Shown in pieces: positions 6,658 to 13,254 of a stretch of 13,254 nucleotides of DNA. This stretch comes from a bacterium (GTDB taxonomy: Bacteria; Zhuqueibacterota; Zhuqueibacteria; Oceanimicrobiales; Oceanimicrobiaceae). The DNA lies in NCBI GenBank assembly GCA_046757525.1, contig JBHHYI010000113.1:1-13254 (forward strand), given 5' to 3'. Each line of letters opens with the position of its first letter. Position 1 is the first letter of the stretch. The notes under the pieces are model-generated. The model saw only the letters and a program-made list of their open reading frames with translations, had not been told where the DNA came from and did no database searches. A program made the translations under genes and the position numbers.

Positions 6658-7101
6658 CTAATCATTTAATGCTACTTTGGTAATCATAATATTGGCTGGA
6701 TTGATGTCGCGGTGGATGATCCCCGCCGCGTGGGCTTTGCTCAACCCTTCAGCAACTTGCATGGCGATCCTGACTGCTTCTTCCGCCTGCAAAGGCCCAC
6801 GCTCGAGTTTTTCTTGCAGGGTCGCGCCCTCGTAATAAGCCATGCTCATAAACGTCTGGCCCTCAGCAGTTTGGTCAATCTCGTAGATTGTGCAGATGTT
6901 GGCGTGGTCCAGAGCGGAAGCGTTTTGGGCTTCAACTACGAACCTCTCCCGGGCTTCGGAATCCTGGGTGAGTTCGGGCTGTAAGAATTTCAACGCAACG
7001 TAGCGTTTGAGCTGAACGTCCCGGGCTTTGTAGACGATGCCCATGCCGCCCTCGCCGAGCTTTTCCAAGATACGGTAATGTGAAATAGTTTGGCCAATCA
7101 T
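6658..7101 (-). pseudogene. Truncated Hanks-type Ser/Thr protein kinase (subdomains I-VIb only)
   Basis: The likely start is the ATG at 7101 (MIGQTISHYRILEKLGEGGMGIVYKA) rather than the track's TTG at 7140. It retains the Gly loop, VALK and the alphaC Glu. The catalytic loop is HRDINPAN (N replaces the usual K), and the ORF stops at MITKVALND*, before DFG/APE and the rest of the C-lobe. Confidence 0.8.
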
Positions 7102-7247
7102 GATGATAGCTTTAGCCCTGGCTGCCTTTGCGTCAGACAATTTGAAGCTACATCGAAATAAATAGCGGGAGAAAAAACTCTAACGGGATAGAATCCGATT
7201 CCGTGGGAGCTTCAGACAGTTAAAAAGAACTTCTGAAATTATTACGT

Positions 7248-7277
7248 AAAGTAAACAAATCTAAACATCAATAGCAA
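7248..7277 (-). promoter_or_regulatory. Possible sigma70-type promoter for the kinase fragment/bEBP unit
   Basis: Minus strand reads TTGCTA-N18-TACTTT in the AT-rich divergent spacer. Confidence 0.3.
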
Positions 7278-7397
7278 GCTTTTTTTCAAAATTATTGACC
7301 TCGCTGACCCTTCTCAAATTCCATTTTTTTGTTTTTCGACTATCGAGTTTTGTCCACCTTACAAGAGAAGCGCGAGCAGCAAGCCACCATTTTTTGC

Positions 7398-7425
7398 TTG
7401 ACATTCGCGGTCTGATGATTATATT
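7398..7425 (+). promoter_or_regulatory. Sigma70-type promoter for the amino-sugar operon
   Basis: TTGACA (7398-7403)-N16-TATATT (7420-7425), ~83 bp upstream of the ATG at 7509. Confidence 0.65.
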
Positions 7426-7508
7426 CGATGACGTGAACGATTCACCGTTGCTCCAACTGATACTCCAAAAACAAGGAGAAAATCTCCTCTAATGAACGTG
7501 GAAAACCC

Positions 7509-8462
7509 ATGTACTTTCTCGGCGTAGACGGCGGCGGCAGCAAAACCACGGCCGTGCTGTCGGATTTGGACGGTAAGGTCGTGCGAACGAATGCGGGCGG
7601 TCCGGCCAACGTTGCCGTGCTTGACAAAGAGACTCTCGCGCAGCTTGTCAAAGAAATCATCCAGGGACTGCTCGGTGATGAGAGCGTCGACAAGGTGCGC
7701 TGGGCCACTTTCGGCCTGGCCGGTGCCGGCAGGCAAGAAGAAAAGCAGGCGGTACAAGAGATCCTGGCTGAACTCGGACTGGCGCATTTCAGCGTGATGA
7801 CCGATGCGGAGCTCCTGTACTATGCCATTCACGGCGACCGTCGTGGCATTCTCATCTCCGCCGGAACCGGTTCAATAGCCATCCTCAGAAACCGGCAAAG
7901 TGTGCTGGAACAACTGGGCGGTTGGGGCTATCTCCTCGGCGACGAAGGCAGCGGTTTTGACGTGGGCCGCATGGCTATCAGGGCGGTGCTCAAGGCGGTT
8001 GAGAAGGGACAGCGCCCCTCCGAATTGACCCACGAGCTGCTCGCCTTTTACCAGGTTGCACGGCCGCAAGACCTGGTCACCAGGGTCTATTCGGCTGCCA
8101 ATCCTCAGCAATTTGTCGCCTCGTGCGCGAAGTTGGTTTGTGAGCAAGCTCTGCAAGGAGAACCGAACGCCAGAGGAATCGTCGAGGCTGCAGCAGGGGC
8201 GCTCATTCAGCTTGCCGTGCGCGCAGTAGAACGGCTTGACAGTACCCCGCCGTACACCATGGCACTGGCAGGCAGCCTGCTCAGCCATAATTCCCCGGTC
8301 GCTAAACTCTTCAAGGAAAAAGCCAAAAGGCAAAACCTTAGTTTGCAGTACAAGAATCCTGTGATGCCGCCTGCGGCCGCAGGCGTTCTTCATTCCGTAA
8401 GCAAAGCCGGGGAGCCCATTAGCCAGGAGCTGGTGGAGCGGATGCGACGAGTAAGGTTTTGA
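7509..8462 (+). CDS. BadF/BadG/BcrA/BcrD-family sugar kinase, probable MurNAc/GlcNAc kinase (MurK-like)
   Basis: ASKHA motifs LGVDGGGSKT, GLAGAG, VMTDAE, LISAGTGSIA, GGWGYLLGDEGSG and LAGS. The gene is adjacent to a NagZ-type hexosaminidase. Confidence 0.9.
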   Translation: MYFLGVDGGGSKTTAVLSDLDGKVVRTNAGGPANVAVLDKETLAQLVKEIIQGLLGDESVDKVRWATFGLAGAGRQEEKQAVQEILAELGLAHFSVMTDAELLYYAIHGDRRGILISAGTGSIAILRNRQSVLEQLGGWGYLLGDEGSGFDVGRMAIRAVLKAVEKGQRPSELTHELLAFYQVARPQDLVTRVYSAANPQQFVASCAKLVCEQALQGEPNARGIVEAAAGALIQLAVRAVERLDSTPPYTMALAGSLLSHNSPVAKLFKEKAKRQNLSLQYKNPVMPPAAAGVLHSVSKAGEPISQELVERMRRVRF

Positions 8463-8534
8463 ATTAGTTCCATGACAATTGTAAAAAATAATCAAGCCAC
8501 CCATTATAATTTATTCACTAACGTAAAATGGCTC

Positions 8535-11381
8535 ATGAACAAGTACGCTGTTTTTTTCACGGTGCTTATTTTGGTAGGATGTGCCGGAACCAGCGCAAAG
8601 AGAGGTGCAAGCTGGGTAAGCCACAAGCTGGCCACCATGAGCGTGGAAGAAAAAGTTGGCCAGATGATGGTGCCTGCTTACGTGCCCCGTTTCTTTAACG
8701 AACAGGACCCTCAGCTCAAGCGGTTGTTGCGGCTTGTCAGGCAGTACCACGTCGGCGGCGTCATGTTTTTCAAGGGTGCACCGTACGAGGTTGGCCGCTC
8801 CATCGACAGGCTGCAGCAGGCGGCCGAAACGCCTCTGCTGGTGATGGCGGACATTGAGTGGGGTCTGCAAATGCGTGTGGCCCAGGGCACCCGTTTCCCG
8901 CAGAACATGGCCATCGGTGCCACCGGCCGGGAAGATTACGCCTACGAAATCGGCAAGATCACCGCCCTGGAAGCCAGGTCCATTGGCGTACACATCGGTT
9001 TTGCACCGGTCCTGGACGTCAACAGCAATCCGGACAACGTCATCATCAATACCCGATCCTACGGCGAGGATCCGCAGTTGGTAGCCAAACTGGGCAGCGC
9101 TTTTATCCGCGGTCTCCAGGAAAACGGCGTCTACGCCACCGCGAAACATTTCCCGGGACACGGGGACACCGACGTCGATTCGCACCTGTCGCTGCCCACC
9201 GTCGACGCCTCCAGGGAAAGAATACAACGGGTCGAGCTGCCCCCCTTCGAGTCCGCGGTGAAGGCCGGCGTAAAGTGCGTCATGGTGGGGCACATCGCCT
9301 TTAGCGAGATTCCAGAGATGCAGGGCAGACCGGCCACGCTGGACCGTTACTTCATCCAGGAGATTCTCAGAAAAAAGATGGGTTTCGACGGCCTGGTGTT
9401 CACGGATGCCATGGACATGGGTGGCATCACCGAGAACTACTGGTCAGGCCAGGCGGCGGTCATGGCCATCAATGCCGGCGTCGACATGGTGCTCATGCCG
9501 CCCAACTTCAAAAGCACCTACGACTTTGTCGTGCAGGCGGTCAAGGCCGGCAGGATTCCCATGCAGCGCATCGATGAATCTGTTCGGCGAATCCTCAACG
9601 CAAAAGCCGACCTGGGTCTTGAACAGAAGCCCGTCTTCAGCCCGAAGCACCTGGAAAGCGTGCTGGCGGACCCGCAGTTCGCCATAAAAGCCGAACACAT
9701 GGCCAATGCGGCCGTGACCCTGGTGCGCGACACCAGACAGGCGGTGCCCCTGCACTCCGAAGACCTGGACAGCGTGCTCGTCGTGACCATCACCGACGAG
9801 GTTGAAACAGCTTGGCGTGGTACCCCCATGAATCGGGAAGTCATGAAACGCATTCCAAATGTTGCCACGGCTTTTGTCGATCCGCGCTCCACGGCAAAGG
9901 AGATTGCAGAGCTCAGCGCCCGGGCGGACTCGGTGGATGCGATCATCGTGGGCGTCTTCGTCAACTGGAGCGACCACAAGGGCACCATCGCGTTGCCAGA
10001 TACGACGGTAAAGCTGCTGCACGCCTTTTTCACCGTCGACAAGCCCATGGAGGTCATCTCGTTTGGCTCGCCCTACGTGCTGCGGCAGATTCCCGAAGTG
10101 CCGTCGTACTTGTGTGTTTATGAATCTGCACCCCTTGCCGCGAGCGCCGCGATTCGTGCGGTGTTCGGCGAAATCCCCATCGGCGCAAAGCTGCCGGTTT
10201 CCATTCCCGGTTTTTACCGCGTCGGCGACGGCCTGCAACGCTCAGCCCTCCAGATGGCCCTGGTGAAACAAATCGACGACAACCTGCTCAAAGGCGCCTA
10301 CGCCGTGCTTCAAAAAGCCATTGCCGACTCTGTTTTTCCCGGCGCCCAGGTCGCCGTTGTGCGCAATGGCAAGCTCATCGCCAGCCGGGGCTTTGGGCAC
10401 CTGACCTACGACCCTGCGTCACCCGAAGTTACCACCAGCACCATTTACGACCTGGCCTCGGTGACGAAAGTCGCGGCGACCACCGTTACAGCCATGCGAC
10501 TCTGGGAACAAAAAAAAATCCTGCTGGATATTCCGGTCAGCAACTATCTGCCGAAATATCACGGTGGTGCAAAGGACAAGGTAACCTTGCGCTATTTGTT
10601 GACGCATTCCTCTGGAACCCACTGGTGGGTCGACCTCTGGAACAAAGCGAAGAATCCGGAGGAGGCGTACGACTACATCTACCAGTTGCCCCTGGACTAT
10701 ACGCCGGGCGACACCATGATTTATTCAGACCTGGGCATCATCATGGTGGGCAAGGTGCTCGAAACCGTGACCGGGACGCCGCTGGACCTGCTTACGGCCA
10801 AAATGATCTACAAGCCCATGGGCATGAACAACACCAGGTTCAATCCGCCAAAAGCCTGGTATGCCCGCATTGCCCCCACGGAAATCGGCGGCGGCATGAA
10901 GCGCGGCCTCATTCGTGGCGAGGTGCACGATGAAAACGCCTACTTCTTAGGCGGCGTCTCGGCCCATGCTGGCCTTTTCTCCACCGCTGAAGATCTGGCT
11001 GCCCTGGCGCAGATGCTCATCAATGGCGGCATCTACCGCCACCAGCGCTTCTTCTCGCCGGCCACCATCAAATACTGGACCACGCGGCAGCACATTCCTG
11101 CGTGGAGCGACCGCGCCCTCGGCTGGGACACGCCGTCCGACGAAAATTCCTCGGCCGGAGATTACTTCTCACCCGGCAGCTTTGGGCATCTGGGCTTTAC
11201 CGGAACGTCGATCTGGGTCGACCCGAACCGGAAAATTGCTATCGTGTTACTGACCAACCGGGTCTACCCTACCCGAACCCGTGGCGGCATGCACCAGGTA
11301 CGCCGGGACTTCCACCAGGCCGCTATGAAAGCACTCCTGAGCGATATGGGTGAAAAATTACCAGAGGAAGAGGTCGAATAA
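8535..11381 (+). CDS. nagZ: Lipoprotein GH3 beta-N-acetylglucosaminidase (NagZ-type) fused to a class C beta-lactamase-family serine hydrolase (AmiE-like)
   Basis: The preferred start is the ATG at 8535, giving MNKYAVFFTVLILVG-C (lipobox); the track start at 8472 adds 21 aa of AT-rich sequence. GH3 motifs: ADIEWG, FAPVLDVN, RSYGEDP, KHFPGHGDTDVDSH (NagZ Asp-His dyad) and TDAMDM (nucleophile). C-terminal domain motifs: DLASVTK (SxxK), LLTHSSG, YSD, HAGLFST, FGHLGFTGT. Confidence 0.92.
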   Translation: MNKYAVFFTVLILVGCAGTSAKRGASWVSHKLATMSVEEKVGQMMVPAYVPRFFNEQDPQLKRLLRLVRQYHVGGVMFFKGAPYEVGRSIDRLQQAAETPLLVMADIEWGLQMRVAQGTRFPQNMAIGATGREDYAYEIGKITALEARSIGVHIGFAPVLDVNSNPDNVIINTRSYGEDPQLVAKLGSAFIRGLQENGVYATAKHFPGHGDTDVDSHLSLPTVDASRERIQRVELPPFESAVKAGVKCVMVGHIAFSEIPEMQGRPATLDRYFIQEILRKKMGFDGLVFTDAMDMGGITENYWSGQAAVMAINAGVDMVLMPPNFKSTYDFVVQAVKAGRIPMQRIDESVRRILNAKADLGLEQKPVFSPKHLESVLADPQFAIKAEHMANAAVTLVRDTRQAVPLHSEDLDSVLVVTITDEVETAWRGTPMNREVMKRIPNVATAFVDPRSTAKEIAELSARADSVDAIIVGVFVNWSDHKGTIALPDTTVKLLHAFFTVDKPMEVISFGSPYVLRQIPEVPSYLCVYESAPLAASAAIRAVFGEIPIGAKLPVSIPGFYRVGDGLQRSALQMALVKQIDDNLLKGAYAVLQKAIADSVFPGAQVAVVRNGKLIASRGFGHLTYDPASPEVTTSTIYDLASVTKVAATTVTAMRLWEQKKILLDIPVSNYLPKYHGGAKDKVTLRYLLTHSSGTHWWVDLWNKAKNPEEAYDYIYQLPLDYTPGDTMIYSDLGIIMVGKVLETVTGTPLDLLTAKMIYKPMGMNNTRFNPPKAWYARIAPTEIGGGMKRGLIRGEVHDENAYFLGGVSAHAGLFSTAEDLAALAQMLINGGIYRHQRFFSPATIKYWTTRQHIPAWSDRALGWDTPSDENSSAGDYFSPGSFGHLGFTGTSIWVDPNRKIAIVLLTNRVYPTRTRGGMHQVRRDFHQAAMKALLSDMGEKLPEEEVE

Positions 11382-11467
11382 TTAAACACCGAATTGCACG
11401 GCAAAGAAAGTACTGGACAGATTTGGTTTTTCAGTACTTTCAGTGCCCTTCAGTGTTTGATTTTTTT
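11381..11467. repeat. Long intergenic hairpin (REP-like element or attenuating terminator)
   Basis: GAAAGTACTG 11406-11415 pairs perfectly with CAGTACTTTC 11432-11441. Outer ATTAAACACCGAA 11381-11393 pairs with TTCAGTGTTTGAT 11449-11461. The 3' arm has three tandem TTCAGT units, and a T7 tract lies at 11461-11467. Confidence 0.6.
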
Positions 11468-11507
11468 CATTCAGTTCCAATGCAAAAAACCGGAAGAAAG
11501 GCAAACG

Positions 11508-13254
11508 ATGCAGGTAAGCACGCTTGATTGGACCTTCGTGGTCATCTATTTCATCCTGGCGCTGGGGACCGGTCTCTACTTCGCGAAAAGAGCAGGTAGC
11601 AACATCACCGAGTACTTCACATCGGGACGAAGTCTGCCGTGGTGGCTTGCCGGCACGAGCATGGTGGCGACCACCTTCGCAGCCGACACCCCGCTGGCGG
11701 TCACGGAGCTGGTGGCCAGCCACGGCATCGCCGGCAACTGGCTGTGGTGGAACATGGTCATGAGCGGTCTTTTGACCGTGTTCTTTTTTGCCAAATTGTG
11801 GCGACGGGCCGAGGTGCTCACCGATGTGGAGTTTACCGAACTCCGGTACTCAGGCAGACCCGCGGCAATCCTGCGCGGCTTCAGAGCCCTCTATTTGGCC
11901 ATTCCCATCAATCTGATCATCATGGGGTGGGTCACCCTGGCTCTGGTTAAGATTATCGAACTAACCATCGGCGTGGACAAATGGATCGCGGTAGGCATCT
12001 GCGTGCTGGTGACCCTGCTGTACAGCGGCCTGAGCGGCCTGTGGGGCGTGGTGATGACCGACTTCTTTCAATTCATAATCGCCATGACGGGCTCCATTGC
12101 TCTGGCCATCTTTGCCATCAATGCTGTCGGCGGCATCGCCGGTTTGAAAGAAGGCCTCATCCGCATTTACGGCCCGGAAAACGAAGCGCTCAGCTTCACG
12201 CCTCAGATCGGTTCGGTGTGGATGCCAGTGACGGCCTTCTTCGTCTACCTGGCGGTAAACTGGTGGGCAGCCTGGTACCCGGGCGCGGAACCTGGCGGCG
12301 GGGGCTACATTGCCCAAAGGATGTTCTCCACCAAAAATGAACGGCATTCATTCCTGGCCACGCTCTGGTTCAACATCGCCCACTACGCCGTACGCCCCTG
12401 GCCCTGGATCCTCGTGGCGCTCGCCAGCCTGGTGCTGTTTCCCAACATCGAAGACAAGCAGACAGGCTACATTCTGGTGATGCTGAGCCACCTGCCGACC
12501 GGCTTCAAGGGCTTGCTCCTGGCGTCGTTTGCCGCTGCCTTCATGTCTACCATGAGCACGCACCTGAACTGGGGCAGCTCTTACGTGGTCAACGATTTCT
12601 ACAAGAGATTCATCAAAAAGGACGCGCCTCCGGAGCATTACGTCGCGGCAGGCCGGTGGACCACGGTGGGACTGGTTCTGGCGTCGGCACTGGTGACCTC
12701 GCAGATGGATACCATCGCCGGGGCCTGGAAATTCCTGCTCGCTCTGGGCGCCGGCACCGGCTCGGTTTACATCCTGCGCTGGTTCTGGTGGCGCATCAAC
12801 GCCTGGTCCGAGATCTCGGCCATGCTCGCTTCCTTTGTGGTCGCGATCTTCCTGCAAAGCGTCCTCGGGCTGGACACGACAAAGACCGATGTGTTTGCCC
12901 GGGTCATGCTCATCACCGTGGGCATCAGCAGCGGGGTGTGGCTACTGGTTACTTTTTTGACCGCGCCGGAGAACGAAGCCACCTTGATCGAATTCTATCG
13001 CCGAGTCAGGCCTGGCGGCCGCTTCTGGAAGCCGGTGGCAGGCAAAGCTCCGGAGGTCAAGCCCGATCGCGGGTTAGGCTGGGACTTGCTCGATTGGGCC
13101 GTGGGAATCGCGCTCATCTATTCAGCGCTGTTCGGCGTCGGCAAAATAATTTTGGGCGCCACAACCGCGGGCTCCACCCTATTGACGCTGGCCGCCGCTT
13201 GTTTTCTGTTCATCCGCTGGGATTTGAACCGCAGAGGCTGGCAAACCTTTGGCA
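11508..13254 (+). CDS. Sodium:solute symporter (SSS/SLC5 family), C-terminus just outside the window
   Basis: Not in the ORF track; translated by hand from the ATG at 11508 (GAAAGG upstream) and open to the window end (582 codons). Sequence includes MQVSTLDWTFVVIYF..EYFTSGRSLPWWLAGTSMVATTFAADTPLAV..ELRYSG..SGLWGVVMTDFFQF..GGYIAQRM..AAFMSTMSTHLNWGSSYVVNDFY, with many hydrophobic helices. Confidence 0.95.
   Translation, partial: MQVSTLDWTFVVIYFILALGTGLYFAKRAGSNITEYFTSGRSLPWWLAGTSMVATTFAADTPLAVTELVASHGIAGNWLWWNMVMSGLLTVFFFAKLWRRAEVLTDVEFTELRYSGRPAAILRGFRALYLAIPINLIIMGWVTLALVKIIELTIGVDKWIAVGICVLVTLLYSGLSGLWGVVMTDFFQFIIAMTGSIALAIFAINAVGGIAGLKEGLIRIYGPENEALSFTPQIGSVWMPVTAFFVYLAVNWWAAWYPGAEPGGGGYIAQRMFSTKNERHSFLATLWFNIAHYAVRPWPWILVALASLVLFPNIEDKQTGYILVMLSHLPTGFKGLLLASFAAAFMSTMSTHLNWGSSYVVNDFYKRFIKKDAPPEHYVAAGRWTTVGLVLASALVTSQMDTIAGAWKFLLALGAGTGSVYILRWFWWRINAWSEISAMLASFVVAIFLQSVLGLDTTKTDVFARVMLITVGISSGVWLLVTFLTAPENEATLIEFYRRVRPGGRFWKPVAGKAPEVKPDRGLGWDLLDWAVGIALIYSALFGVGKIILGATTAGSTLLTLAAACFLFIRWDLNRRGWQTFG

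Noticed and set aside
6658..6660. Genome-wide amber recoding or pyrrolysine
   Set aside because: All other genes are full-length under the standard code with no internal TAG, no pyl genes are in the window, and readthrough would not restore the missing DFG/C-lobe.
2940..7343. Shared 12-mer TTTTTCGACTAT at ~2940 and ~7332 as a target-site duplication bounding an island
   Set aside because: It is short and low-complexity, the left copy lies inside the MITE-like element, and there is no integrase or transposase; chance is a sufficient explanation.
10270..11381. Class C beta-lactamase resistance gene
   Set aside because: Fusion to NagZ, YSD instead of YxN, HLG instead of KTG and the operon context point to an AmiE-like amidase/esterase.
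7872..12982. Long minus-strand ORFs (7872..8504, 8511..9293, 9444..10238, 11961..12857) and alternative-frame plus-strand ORFs
   Set aside because: These are shadow ORFs expected opposite or within GC-rich, codon-biased genes; they show no motifs.

Overview
Bacterial genomic window with two divergent blocks. The protein styles (C-terminal NxPNPFNP/FlgD-Ig sorting domain, 'MIGQTISHY' Ser/Thr kinase, NagZ-serine hydrolase fusion) suggest an FCB-related lineage such as candidate division KSB1, Calditrichota or Ignavibacteria; this is inference only. LEFT BLOCK (minus strand): a truncated Hanks-type Ser/Thr kinase fragment sits in frame with, and one amber codon upstream of, a GAF-AAA+(GAFTGA)-HTH sigma54 enhancer-binding protein. 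Directly downstream are a perfect palindrome (candidate enhancer) and a correctly spaced -24/-12 sigma54 promoter. These precede two secreted FG-GAP beta-propeller + ASPIC/UnbV (CRTAC1-like) proteins; the second is a double-propeller protein missing from the ORF track that runs off the left edge. The 617-bp spacer between these two genes holds an unannotated ~195-nt rod-like structure with plus-strand G-U pairs (candidate ncRNA, 6S-like geometry). It also holds a MITE/REP-like element whose second palindrome carries a clean 30-nt hairpin insertion. RIGHT BLOCK (plus strand): a probable PTS-independent peptidoglycan/amino-sugar recycling operon, comprising a BadF-family MurK/GlcNAc kinase, a lipoprotein GH3 NagZ fused to an AmiE-like serine hydrolase, and a sodium:solute symporter (missing from the ORF track, runs off the right edge). 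No CRISPR array, tRNA, rRNA, transposase or reverse transcriptase was seen.
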